In this document: positions 50,491 through 63,064 of the stretch, in pieces
Layout: every line of letters starts with the position of its first letter
How positions within the stretch are numbered: the stretch's first letter is position 1
Assembly: GCA_028820505.1 (NCBI GenBank)
Contig: JAPPIT010000058.1
Coordinates: forward strand, 2,287 to 66,286
Direction of reading: 5' to 3'
DNA length: 64,000 bases
Origin: Defluviicoccus sp.
GTDB taxonomy: Bacteria; Pseudomonadota; Alphaproteobacteria; MPNO01
Notes under the pieces: generated by a model
What the model was told of the DNA's origin: nothing
Databases searched by the model: none
What the model saw: the letters and a program-made list of their open reading frames with translations, nothing else
Position numbers and translations under genes: made by a program

Positions 50491-51063
50491 CTATTCCCCC
50501 GCGCCTGCCTGCCCGCCCGTAATGTGGCGCAATGCCGACCGAAGATAGTCGTAACCGGTGATCAATGTCAGCACGGCTGCAGCCCACAGGCCGAACTCGC
50601 CGATCGTCGCCCACGGGACGCCCCACGGCCCCGCGTCGCCGAGCAGCAGGACAGCGATAGCCGTCATCTGGATCGCGGTCTTCCATTTGGCAAGCCGGCT
50701 GACCGGCATGCCGACGCTGATTTCGGCGAGATATTCGCGCAATCCCGATACCAGGATCTCGCGGCACAGGATCACCAGCGCGGGCAGCACCGCGAACCCC
50801 GCGATCTGGCCGAACCCGACCATCATCAGGAGCGCCGCGGCGACCAGCAGCTTGTCGGCCACGGGGTCGAGGAAACGGCCGAGGGCGGATCGCTGGTCGA
50901 ACCTGCGGGCGACATAGCCGTCGAAGAAATCGGTGACGCCGGCGAGCACGAAGATCGCGCAGGCCAGCGGGCCGGCCACGTCTCCGCCGACATAGAAGGT
51001 CGCCACCAGCACCGGGATCAGCACGATCCGGAACAGGGTCAGCAGGTTCGGAACGTTGGCCAT
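50491..51063 (-). CDS. pgsA: CDP-diacylglycerol--glycerol-3-phosphate 3-phosphatidyltransferase
   Basis: MANVPNLLTLFRI start, and the CDP-alcohol phosphatidyltransferase motif DGYVARRFDQRSALGRFLDPVADK. Confidence 0.85.
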   Translation of the reverse strand: MANVPNLLTLFRIVLIPVLVATFYVGGDVAGPLACAIFVLAGVTDFFDGYVARRFDQRSALGRFLDPVADKLLVAAALLMMVGFGQIAGFAVLPALVILCREILVSGLREYLAEISVGMPVSRLAKWKTAIQMTAIAVLLLGDAGPWGVPWATIGEFGLWAAAVLTLITGYDYLRSALRHITGGQAGAGE

Positions 51064-51070
51064 CGGCCGG

Positions 51071-52996
51071 TCAGGGCTCGCCGTGGAAATGGTCGTAGAC
51101 CCGTCTGGCGACAGTCTTGCTGATCCCCTCCACGGTCTCAAGGTCGGCGAGGCCCGCCCTGGAGACGCCCGCGGCCGAGCCGAAATGGTTGAGGAGCGCG
51201 CGCTTGCGCCGCGCGCCGATGCCCTCGATCTCGTCGAGCGGAGAGCGCCTGATCGCCTTCGACCGGCGGGCGCGGTGGGAACCGATCGCGAAGCGGTGCG
51301 CCTCGTCCCGCAAACGCTGCATGAAATAGAGAATCGGGTCGTCGGGCGGCAGGGTGAAGGGCTCGCGTCCGGCCGTGTAGAACCGCTCCCGCCCGGCGCG
51401 GCGGTCCGGTCCCTTGGCGATGGACACCAGGGGCAGCGTCTCGATACCGAGATCGGCGAACACCTCGGCCGCGGCGGAGAGCTGTCCCGGGCCGCCGTCG
51501 ACGATCGCGAGGTCGGGCCAGGTTTCGCCTTCGCGCCCGGGATCCTCGCGCAGCGCACGCGCGTAGCGGCGGTGAAGGACCTCCCGCATCATCGCGTAGT
51601 CGTCGCCCGGCGCGATGTCGGTCGACCTGATGTTGAACTTGCGGTAGGCGCCCTTGCGGAAGCCGTCCGGCCCGGCCACGATCATCGCACCGAGCGCGTC
51701 GGTGCCCGAGATGTGGCTGTTGTCGAAGACCTCGATCCGCTGCGGCGGTCCGTCGAGGCCGAAGAGGTCGGCCACCCGTTCGAGCAGACGGCGCTGGGCC
51801 TCGCTGCCGGCGAGCCGCCTGCCGAGCGAGTCCCGGGCGTTCTCCACCGCCTGATCGACCAGCTTGCGCCGGCCTCCGCGCTGCGGCGTCGCGATGCGGA
51901 CCCGACGGGCGGCGCGCAGCGAAAGCGCCTCGGCCAGGAGATCGGCCTGGTGCGGCCTGTGGCTGGCCAGGATCAGGGGCGGCGGGAGCTTGTCGGTGTA
52001 GAACTGGCCGAGAAAGGCGCCGAGCACGCGTTCGGCGGGCTCGTCCCGCGCCTGGGCGGGGAAATAGGTCCGGTTGCCGAAATTCTGCCCCGACCGGTAG
52101 AAGAACACCTGGATGCAGGTCTGACCGGCCTGCCGAGCCGCCGCGAACACGTCCGCGTTGCCGAGCGAACGGACATTGATGTCCTGATGCGCCTGTATCT
52201 CGGTCAGCGCGCGGATGCGATCGCGAAAGACCGCCGCCGCCTCGTATTCGAGCGCCTGGCTCGCCGCTTCCATCTGCCGCGACAGGCGTTGCTGGAGGCC
52301 GCGGCTCTTGCCGCTCAGGAAAGCGCGAGCCTGGGCGACGATCTCGTCGTAGGGCTCGGAGTCGATGCGTCCGACGCAGGGGCCGGCGCAGCGCTTGATC
52401 TGGTATTGCAAGCACGGTCGGGTTCGCGAGGCGAACACGGCGTCCGAGCACGAGCGCAGCGGAAACACCCTTTGCAGGGTCAGGAGCGTCCGGTTGACCG
52501 CCCCGGCCGAGGCGAAGGGGCCGAAATACTCGCCCTTGCGGTTTTGCGCGCCGCGATGCTTGAGGAGCTGCGGCCAGTCATGATCGGCGGTCAGCAGGAT
52601 GTAGGGGAACGACTTGTCGTCCCGCATCAGGATGTTGTAGCGGGGCTTGTGTTCCTTGATCAGGTTGGCTTCGAGGAGCAGCGCCTCGGCCTCGGTATGG
52701 GTGGTGATCACCTCGAGCGACTGGGTCTCGGCGATCATCCGGTGCAGCCGGGGCGGCAGGCGGCCGGGCCGGGTGTAGGCGCTTACCCGCTTGCGCAGAT
52801 TCCTCGCCTTGCCGACATAGAGCGCCGCACCGGTGGCATCGAGCATCCGGTAGACCCCGGGGCGCGGCGGCAGAACCCGGACCTCCGCCGAGATCGCTTC
52901 GACGCCGCGGGCAAGCGTCTCGGCCCAGCGGATCTCGACCGGGCCGTCGGTCGATGCCCGCCGCCTCGGCTCCGGGCCGATCGCCTCTTCCGCCAT
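51071..52996 (-). CDS. uvrC: excinuclease ABC subunit C
   Basis: GIY-YIG N-terminus ([24 protein letters not shown]), a UvrBC interaction region, and C-terminal RNaseH-like and HhH domains. Confidence 0.95.
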   Translation of the reverse strand: MAEEAIGPEPRRRASTDGPVEIRWAETLARGVEAISAEVRVLPPRPGVYRMLDATGAALYVGKARNLRKRVSAYTRPGRLPPRLHRMIAETQSLEVITTHTEAEALLLEANLIKEHKPRYNILMRDDKSFPYILLTADHDWPQLLKHRGAQNRKGEYFGPFASAGAVNRTLLTLQRVFPLRSCSDAVFASRTRPCLQYQIKRCAGPCVGRIDSEPYDEIVAQARAFLSGKSRGLQQRLSRQMEAASQALEYEAAAVFRDRIRALTEIQAHQDINVRSLGNADVFAAARQAGQTCIQVFFYRSGQNFGNRTYFPAQARDEPAERVLGAFLGQFYTDKLPPPLILASHRPHQADLLAEALSLRAARRVRIATPQRGGRRKLVDQAVENARDSLGRRLAGSEAQRRLLERVADLFGLDGPPQRIEVFDNSHISGTDALGAMIVAGPDGFRKGAYRKFNIRSTDIAPGDDYAMMREVLHRRYARALREDPGREGETWPDLAIVDGGPGQLSAAAEVFADLGIETLPLVSIAKGPDRRAGRERFYTAGREPFTLPPDDPILYFMQRLRDEAHRFAIGSHRARRSKAIRRSPLDEIEGIGARRKRALLNHFGSAAGVSRAGLADLETVEGISKTVARRVYDHFHGEP

Positions 52997-53335
52997 CGCG
53001 ACCCTACCTGCCGTCGCCGGCCACGGCGTCTCCGATCCGCATGGAACCGCCGGAAGCCGATGCGAATGTCCACGAAACCTGTGGAAAACTTTGTTGACAA
53101 AACGCCGTGCCGGGCGAGTCAGTCAACAAAATCAATGCGCTCACCCTTTTTGCCCAAAAAATAGGCAGATTCGCCAAGCCATTGATTTGAAATGAGAAAT
53201 CAAAAGTCAAGTGTTAAAGAAACATTACACGGGACAAAATTCGCCCAAATTGTAACCGGTTAGGTCCGATCCGGCAGGGTTGTGAAAAAAAAGTTCGAAA
53301 AGCCCCGCCTCCATCACGGAATTCTATACGGAGCA
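52997..53335. promoter_or_regulatory. anomalously AT-rich intergenic region upstream of uvrC
   Basis: 340 bp, clearly AT-rich against the 68% GC background. Contains repeated CAAAA/GAAAA tracts, the inverted motif ttttgttgac N24 gtcaacaaaa, and a small tccacg-aaacc-tgtgga hairpin. Confidence 0.3.
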
Positions 53336-53746
53336 TTACAGGGCAGCATTTTCGCGCTCTATCTCGACGCCCACGCTCTCGGCGTCGTCGAATACGTCGA
53401 GCTTTTCGACCCTGACGACAGCACGGCGGACGCGGCGGTCTTCGAGGCAGATCGCGGCGACCCGTTCGGCGAAAGTCTCGACGAGATTGACGTGACCGTC
53501 CCCAGCAAGGGCGCGGATCCGCACCACCAGGGTGTCGTAGTTGACGACCTCAGCCAGGCGGTCGCGCTCGACGGGGCCCGTCTCAAGCACATCGAGAGAC
53601 AGGTTGATCCGGACCCGCTGCCGGCCGTCGCGCTCGTAGCGATGGACGCCGATCAGGCAATCGAGCGCCAGATCCCGGACGAACATCCGCCGCGTCCGGA
53701 CCGGAGCCTCGACGTCGGGCGGGCGCGCGGTATGGAGGATTTTCAT
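53336..53746 (-). CDS. folB: dihydroneopterin aldolase
   Basis: 136 aa. VRDLALDCLIGVHRYERD and the Lys-containing catalytic region. Confidence 0.8.
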   Translation of the reverse strand: MKILHTARPPDVEAPVRTRRMFVRDLALDCLIGVHRYERDGRQRVRINLSLDVLETGPVERDRLAEVVNYDTLVVRIRALAGDGHVNLVETFAERVAAICLEDRRVRRAVVRVEKLDVFDDAESVGVEIERENAAL

Positions 53747-54516
53747 TCGGACACCGGCGTTGCGCCCTTCGGCGGCTGCGCCCAGCCGAGATGCTGTCCG
53801 CCGTCGAGGGCGATCATCTGGCCGGTCATGGACGGCGCATCGAGAATGAACCGGACCGCATCGGCCACCTCCGCCGGTGAGCTGCCGCGCCCGAGCGGCA
53901 TCATCCCGGCCTGGCGCTCGAACTGCTCCGCGCTCTGGCGCGGGCTCGGCAGGGTCGGCCCCGGACCCACCCCGTTAACCCGGATGCGCGGGGCCAGGGC
54001 GAGCGCCATCGTTTGCGTCAGGGTCCACAGCGCCGCCTTGCTCAGGGTGTAGGACACGAAGTGCTGGGTCAGGTTCCACACCCGCTCGTCGAGGATGTTG
54101 ACGATATTGCCGGTTCTCTCCGCCGGCAGCGCGTCCGCCATGGCCTGCATCAGCACGAAGGGTGCGCGCAGATTGGTCTCCATGTGCCGGTCCCAGCTCT
54201 CCCTGCTCGCCGTCGTCACGCTGTCGTGCTCGAACACCGAGGCGTTGTTGACCAGGACGGAGACCGGACCCAGCGCGGCCCGCGCGCGCGCGAGCAGCGA
54301 CCGCGTCTCCGCTTCGTCCCGGAGATCGGCCGGGAGCGCGGCCGCCCTGCCGCCGGCGCGTTCGATCGCCGCCGCGGCGCCGGCGGCATCGTCGGCCGAT
54401 GCGCGGTAATGGATCGCGACCGGATGACCGCGCGCCGCCAGGGTTTCGGCGATCGTCCGGCCGATCCGCCGTGCGGCCCCGGTCACCAGCGCAGCACCCG
54501 GTTCGGTCCCTGACAT
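53743..54516 (-). CDS. SDR family oxidoreductase (pteridine-reductase-like, folB-linked)
   Basis: TGAARRIG Rossmann motif, NNAS, and the YxxxK (YTLSKAAL) catalytic motif. It overlaps the folB start by 4 nt. Confidence 0.75.
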   Translation of the reverse strand: MSGTEPGAALVTGAARRIGRTIAETLAARGHPVAIHYRASADDAAGAAAAIERAGGRAAALPADLRDEAETRSLLARARAALGPVSVLVNNASVFEHDSVTTASRESWDRHMETNLRAPFVLMQAMADALPAERTGNIVNILDERVWNLTQHFVSYTLSKAALWTLTQTMALALAPRIRVNGVGPGPTLPSPRQSAEQFERQAGMMPLGRGSSPAEVADAVRFILDAPSMTGQMIALDGGQHLGWAQPPKGATPVSE

Positions 54517-54547
54517 TGCTGCAAGATCGCCTGTCGTCTGCCGCGGA

Positions 54548-55534
54548 TCAAGCGCCCGCCGCGCCGCCGGGAAAGGTTCCGCTCATCCCCCAGAACTGGC
54601 ACGCGACATAGGCGCCGTAGAGCGCCAGCAGAAGCAGCGCTTCGCCGCGCGCCAGCCGCCAGCCGGTCAGGAGAAGCGGGAGCAGCAGCAGCGTCACCCC
54701 GCCCAGCACCCAGAGGTCGAAATCGACGATCTTGTCGGCAAACGGGACCGGGACTGCCAGTGCCGTGACGCCGAGAATGCCGAACAGGTTGAAGATGTTG
54801 CTGCCGATCACGTTGCCGATGCTCACATCGGCATGACCGCGATAGGCGGCGACGATCGACGTGGCGAGTTCCGGCAACGAGGTGCCGACCGCAACGAGGG
54901 TCAACCCGATGACCTCGTCCGGGACGCCCGCGGCCCGGGCAAACGCGGTCGCGCCGTCCACCAGCAGGTCCGCACCGAATCCGACGGCCGCGAAGCCGCC
55001 GACGACCAGAACGACCATCTGCCAAAGCAGCTTCGGCAACCCGGTCACCGATTCGGCCTCTTCGCGGTGGAGCTGTGCCGCGCCGCCGTTGACGCGCGCG
55101 TCGTGCCACAGGGACAGCCCGATATAGAGCGCCAGCGCCGCGAGCATCAGCGCGCCTTCGTGACGTTCCGCCGAGCCGCCGAGGGCAACGGCGATGAAGA
55201 TTGCGGTGACCGCCGCCATCACCAGCCCGTCCCGGCGCACCGCACTCGGGTTGACCGCGATCGGATAGATCAGCGCGGCCACGCCGAGAATCAGCATCAT
55301 GTTGGCCAGGTTGCTGCCGATCACGTTCCCGACCGCGATGCCCGGTGCGCCGCTAAGCGCGGCGTTCAGGCACACCAGCAACTCGGGTAGGGATGTGCCG
55401 AAGCCGACGATGGTGAGCCCGATGACCAGCGGCGAGACTTCGAACCGCCGGGCGAGCGCGACGGCGCCGCGGACCACCATCTCGCCTCCGAAAAAGAGGA
55501 GAACGAAACCCGCGGCAAGGGACAGATAGGTCAT
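54548..55534 (-). CDS. calcium/sodium:proton antiporter, CaCA (YrbG-like) family
   Basis: Two alpha-repeat signatures, GTSLPELLV and GTSLPELAT, in a roughly 10-TM protein. Start MTYLSL. Confidence 0.8.
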   Translation of the reverse strand: MTYLSLAAGFVLLFFGGEMVVRGAVALARRFEVSPLVIGLTIVGFGTSLPELLVCLNAALSGAPGIAVGNVIGSNLANMMLILGVAALIYPIAVNPSAVRRDGLVMAAVTAIFIAVALGGSAERHEGALMLAALALYIGLSLWHDARVNGGAAQLHREEAESVTGLPKLLWQMVVLVVGGFAAVGFGADLLVDGATAFARAAGVPDEVIGLTLVAVGTSLPELATSIVAAYRGHADVSIGNVIGSNIFNLFGILGVTALAVPVPFADKIVDFDLWVLGGVTLLLLPLLLTGWRLARGEALLLLALYGAYVACQFWGMSGTFPGGAAGA

Positions 55535-55667
55535 CGGATCGGCATCGCGAAGCGGAGAGCGGGACACGGCCCGGCGCGGCCGGGACACGGCGATGCGGCT
55601 CGGCGGGACCGCGCCCGGCGACAACCGATATGGGGGCCTGGAGCGGCGGGTTCCAGACTGTCTCCCA

Positions 55668-57788
<2,121 letters not shown>

Positions 57789-57821
57789 GGCCCGAATATA
57801 GGCGCCGCGCGGGCGGGTTGA

Positions 57822-59081
<1,260 letters not shown>

Positions 59082-59223
59082 CCCCGACGCACCGCCCGCA
59101 AAGGTCTTGATTCGGGCTGGACGCGCTGAAACATTACGGCGTTCTCGGACGAACGGGATGCCCGCTCCGCGGCAGGCGGCGCGGTACGCTCACAGGAATG
59201 CATCCCGGCCAAGGGAGAAGAAC

Positions 59224-61254
59224 ATGGCGAGTGCTTCCGGGCCACGCTGCGTGGCACTAGTCGGACCCTATCTCAGCGGCAAGACCACGCTGATGGAGAG
59301 CCTGCTCTCGGTGTCGGGCGGGGTTCACCGCAAGGGCTCGATCAAGGAAGGCAACACCGTCGGCGATTCCGCGCCGGAAGCGCGCGCCCGCCAGATGTCG
59401 GTCGAGATCTCGGTCGGCTCGACCTCCTATCTCGACGACGAGTGGACCGTCCTCGACTGCCCGGGCTCGATCGAGATGCGGCAGGAGGCGTTGAACGCCC
59501 TGATGGTCGCCGATCTGGCGGTGGTGGTCTACGAGCCCTCGACCGAACGCGCGATGACGCTCGCGCCGCTGTTCAAGGTTCTCGCCGACCGCGGCATCCC
59601 CCACATGGTGTTCATCAACAAGATCGACACCATCACCGAGCCGGTTTCCGCGGTCTACGAGGCGCTGAGGTCCGTGGAGCACGCGCCGCTGGTGCTCCGC
59701 CAGATCCCGATCCGCGACGGGGAGACGGTCTCGGGCTATGTCGATCTGATCAGCGGGCGGGCGTACAAGTACACCGCCGGGGCGGGCTCGGAACGCATCG
59801 ACATGCCGGACCCCGTCGCCGACGAGTACGCGGCGACGCGGGAGTCGATGCTGGAGGCGCTCGCAGACTTCAACGACGAGTTGCTGGAGAAGCTGCTCGA
59901 GGACGAGGTTCCCGACATCGAGGAGATTTACGGCTACCTGACCGAGGGGGTGCGCGCCGCCGACGTGGTGCCGGTGCTGATCGGTTCCGCCGAGCAGGAT
60001 TACGGCGTCAGGCGCCTGTTCAAGGCGCTGCGCCACGAGGTGCCGGGCCCGGATGCCGCGATCGAGCGCCTCGGGGTCGAGATCGGCGGCGGAACCGCCG
60101 CCCAAGTCTTCAAGACCTACCACGCCCAGCACGCGGGCAAGCTCTCTCTCGCCCGCGTGCTCTCGGGAACCGTCACCGAGGGCATGACCCTGAACGGCCA
60201 GCGGGTGGGCAGCCTGTCGTCGCTGATGGGCGGTCAGCAGAACAAGATCGGGAGCGCCGAGCCCGGCGCGGTCGCCGCGCTCGGACGGATGGACGCGGTC
60301 AGGACGGGCGATCTGCTCACCGACGGCGGCGGGGAGGCGAACGGCGCCGATTGGCCGGAACCGATCGTGCCGGTCTATGCACGCGCCATTTCGCCGGAGA
60401 ACCGCAACGACGAGGTCAAGCTCACCGGCGCGCTGCAGCGCCTGAACGAGGAAGACCCCTCGGTCAGCTACGAGCAGAACGCCGACACCCGCGAGATGGT
60501 GTTGTGGGGCCAGGGCGAGATTCACCTCCAAGTCGCGCTCGAGAAGCTCAAGGGACGCTACAACGTGTCCGCCGTCGCCTCGCCGCCGAGCGTGCCGTAC
60601 AAGGAGACCATCCGGAAGACAGTCTCCCAGCACGGCCGCTTCAAGCGCCAGACCGGCGGTCACGGCATGTTCGGCGACGTCCATGTCGATATCTCGCCCC
60701 GGCCGCGCGGCGAGGGGTTCGAGTTCACCGACAAGATCGTCGGCGGCGCGATCCCGAAGCAGTTCATCCCCGCGGTCGAGTCCGGCGTGAAGGAATTCGC
60801 GGAGCGCGGGCCGCTCGGCTTCCCGGTGGTCGATTTCGCGGTGCGGCTGACCGACGGGCAGTTCCATCAGGTCGACAGCAACGAGATGTCCTTCAAGCTC
60901 GCCGCCCGGGTGGCGATGACCGAAGGCATGCCCAAATGCAGCCCGGTGCTGTTGGAACCGATTTCCAAGGTGGAGATCGACGTACCGGCCGATTCCACCA
61001 ACAAGGTGCACGGGCTGATCAGCGGCCGCCGCGGCCAGATCCTCGGCTTCGCGCCCAAGGAGGGCTGGAAGGGCTGGGATACGGTGGAGGCCAACATTCC
61101 GAGCTCGGACATCGTGGATCTGATCATCGAGCTGCGCTCGCTGAGCCAGGGCGTGGCGACCTTCCGGTCTTCCTTCGACCGTCTCCAGGAGCTGACCGGC
61201 CGCCTCGCCGACCAGGTGATCGAGGCCCGCAAGGAGGCCGAGGAGGCGAACTAG
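59224..61254 (+). CDS. elongation factor G family GTPase paralog
   Basis: 676 aa. G1 GPYLSGKTTL, G3 DCPG and G4 NKID motifs, plus EF-G domains II-V. It lacks the canonical fusA context, since msrP follows it. Confidence 0.85.
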   Translation: MASASGPRCVALVGPYLSGKTTLMESLLSVSGGVHRKGSIKEGNTVGDSAPEARARQMSVEISVGSTSYLDDEWTVLDCPGSIEMRQEALNALMVADLAVVVYEPSTERAMTLAPLFKVLADRGIPHMVFINKIDTITEPVSAVYEALRSVEHAPLVLRQIPIRDGETVSGYVDLISGRAYKYTAGAGSERIDMPDPVADEYAATRESMLEALADFNDELLEKLLEDEVPDIEEIYGYLTEGVRAADVVPVLIGSAEQDYGVRRLFKALRHEVPGPDAAIERLGVEIGGGTAAQVFKTYHAQHAGKLSLARVLSGTVTEGMTLNGQRVGSLSSLMGGQQNKIGSAEPGAVAALGRMDAVRTGDLLTDGGGEANGADWPEPIVPVYARAISPENRNDEVKLTGALQRLNEEDPSVSYEQNADTREMVLWGQGEIHLQVALEKLKGRYNVSAVASPPSVPYKETIRKTVSQHGRFKRQTGGHGMFGDVHVDISPRPRGEGFEFTDKIVGGAIPKQFIPAVESGVKEFAERGPLGFPVVDFAVRLTDGQFHQVDSNEMSFKLAARVAMTEGMPKCSPVLLEPISKVEIDVPADSTNKVHGLISGRRGQILGFAPKEGWKGWDTVEANIPSSDIVDLIIELRSLSQGVATFRSSFDRLQELTGRLADQVIEARKEAEEAN

Positions 61255-61276
61255 GGAGAGGCGCCGGGGAGGGGCC

Positions 61277-62230
61277 ATGTCGACAAGAACGAAGCGCGGC
61301 TGGGAACTGCCGGAATCTGCAGCGACGCCCGAGGACAAGTTTCTCAGGCGGCGCGAACTCGTGAAGGCGCTCGCCGCCGGGCCCCTGCTGGCCGCTTCGG
61401 GGATCGGACTCGCGGGTCCCGCCCTCGCGTCGACCGGCCTCTACCCGGCCAAACGCAACCCGCGCTACCGGCTCGACCGCGCGATCACCGACGAGCGGAT
61501 CGTCACGACCTACAACAATTTCTACGAATTCGGCTCGCACAAGCAGATCTGGAAAGCCGCGCAGAAGCTCAAGACCAGGCCTTGGACGGTGACCGTCGAC
61601 GGCATGGTCGAAAAACCCTTCACCATCGACGCCGAGGCGCTGATCCGGAAAATGCCGTTGGAGGAACGGCTCTACCGCCACCGCTGCGTCGAGGCCTGGT
61701 CGATCGCGGTGCCGTGGAGCGGCTTCGCCCTCGAGGCCCTGGTCGCCATCGCGCGGCCCTCGGCCGGTGCGAAATATCTGGAGATGCGCGGGTTCCACGA
61801 CGCCTCGGTCGCCAGCGGGCAGCGCCAGGTCTGGTATCCCTGGCCCTACCTGGAGGGGCTGACGATCGACGAGGCCACCAACGAGCTCGCCTTCATCGCG
61901 ACCGGCGCCTACGGCAAGCCGATACCGAAGCAGAACGGCGCGCCGCTACGCCTCGCGGTGCCCTGGAAATACGGCTTCAAGTCGATCAAGTCGATCACCC
62001 GCTTCACCTTCACCGACAAGCGCCCGGTCAGCTTCTGGGAAGAGATCGCGGGTAACGAGTACGGCTTCTGGGCCAACGTCAACCCCGAGGTCGACCACCC
62101 GCGCTGGAGCCAGGCGACGGAGAGGCAGCTCGGCACCGGCCAGCGGGTCCCCACCCTGCTCTACAACGGCTACGCGGAACAGGTCGCCCACCTCTACAAG
62201 GACATGAAGAGCGAGGCACTGTTCAAGTAG
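61277..62230 (+). CDS. msrP: protein-methionine-sulfoxide reductase catalytic subunit MsrP (YedY)
   Basis: Tat signal RRRELVKALAAG, and the Mo-binding region FYEFGSHKQIW...CVEAWS with the conserved Cys. Confidence 0.85.
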   Translation: MSTRTKRGWELPESAATPEDKFLRRRELVKALAAGPLLAASGIGLAGPALASTGLYPAKRNPRYRLDRAITDERIVTTYNNFYEFGSHKQIWKAAQKLKTRPWTVTVDGMVEKPFTIDAEALIRKMPLEERLYRHRCVEAWSIAVPWSGFALEALVAIARPSAGAKYLEMRGFHDASVASGQRQVWYPWPYLEGLTIDEATNELAFIATGAYGKPIPKQNGAPLRLAVPWKYGFKSIKSITRFTFTDKRPVSFWEEIAGNEYGFWANVNPEVDHPRWSQATERQLGTGQRVPTLLYNGYAEQVAHLYKDMKSEALFK

Positions 62231-62251
62231 GCCGCGTCCGTTGCGAGCGGT

Positions 62252-62359
62252 CGCCCTTCGATACGCCGCTTCGCGGCTACTCAGGGTGAGGAAAGCGTCG
62301 GGTCGGCCGGAAAAATTCCCTCATCCCGAGTAGGCGCGCCAGCGCCGTATCGAGGGACC
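62252..62359. repeat. MITE-like element with terminal inverted repeats, copy 2 (reverse orientation)
   Basis: The reverse complement aligns with copy 1 over both termini and the cctactcgggatgaggg core. The internal segment differs. It sits between the msrP stop and the antitoxin stop. Confidence 0.55.
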
Positions 62360-62363
62360 CGTT

Positions 62364-62597
62364 CTAAGCGTCCTCCCATCTCCTCAACTCTTTCTCCGGC
62401 AGCGGTTCGAAGAAGTGCTCGGGAACGACGATCTTTCCCTTGAGGACATCGGGCCGGCGCTTGCCCCGCGGCTTGCAGGGAACGAGCCGTGCGACGGGTT
62501 CTCCCCGGCGCGCGATCAGGATCTGCTCCCCCATTTCGGCCTGCCTGAGGAGCCGGCAGAGCTGGGTCCTGGCCTGATGGACGTTGACGATCTTCAC
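62364..62597 (-). CDS. Phd/YefM-type (VapB-like) antitoxin, solitary
   Basis: GTG start. VKIVNVHQARTQLCRLLRQAEMGEQILIARRGEPVARLVP plus the C-terminal LKGKIVVPEHFFEPLPEKEL tail that pairs with PIN toxins in canonical loci. No toxin ORF is adjacent. Confidence 0.65.
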   Translation of the reverse strand: MKIVNVHQARTQLCRLLRQAEMGEQILIARRGEPVARLVPCKPRGKRRPDVLKGKIVVPEHFFEPLPEKELRRWEDA

Positions 62598-63064
62598 ACC
62601 CCCTCCTCCGGCCGGCCCGCCATCATCCGCACCGCCCGGTAGGTTATCACCTTGTCCCCGTTCTGGTTGATGACGTCGTTGGTCGTCGTCACGATTCCCC
62701 GGTTTCCCTTGCTGGTCGGGCGGATCGCGGTGACCTCGACCTCGGCGTGGACGGTATCGCCGGCGAACACGGGCTTCAGCACCTTCTTCTCGACCTCGAG
62801 CAGCGCGAGCCCGGTGGTCTGCATCGCCGCCTGGCAAAGCAACCCCTCGACGATCGTGTAGGTACAGGCGGCCGGCACCACCCGGCCCTGGATCGCGCCG
62901 TGCCCGGCCTCGTTGAACGAGAGGTCGGTGAAGATCGTCTCGACCATCCCCGTCACCCCGATGAAGCCCACGATATCGGGCTCGGTGATGGTCCTGTTCA
63001 GGGTGCGGAACCGGTCGCCGACGGCGAGGTCGTCCCAATAGAAGCCGATGCCGATGGTTTTCAT
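62594..63064 (-). CDS. MaoC-like (R)-hydratase/dehydratase, hot-dog fold
   Basis: 156 aa. MKTIGIGFYWDDLAVGDRF and the hot-dog catalytic region. ATGA overlap with the upstream CoA-transferase gene. Confidence 0.75.
   Translation of the reverse strand: MKTIGIGFYWDDLAVGDRFRTLNRTITEPDIVGFIGVTGMVETIFTDLSFNEAGHGAIQGRVVPAACTYTIVEGLLCQAAMQTTGLALLEVEKKVLKPVFAGDTVHAEVEVTAIRPTSKGNRGIVTTTNDVINQNGDKVITYRAVRMMAGRPEEGV

Noticed and set aside
61255-61276. Possibility that msrP is fused to or frameshifted from the EF-G paralog
   Set aside because: A clean stop at 61252-61254 is followed by a 22-nt gap with a purine-rich segment. MsrP starts with its own Tat signal peptide.
62230-62364. Search for a VapC/PIN toxin gene downstream of the antitoxin
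   Set aside because: Only 134 bp are available, and they are occupied by the MITE copy. No ORF of toxin size exists in any frame.
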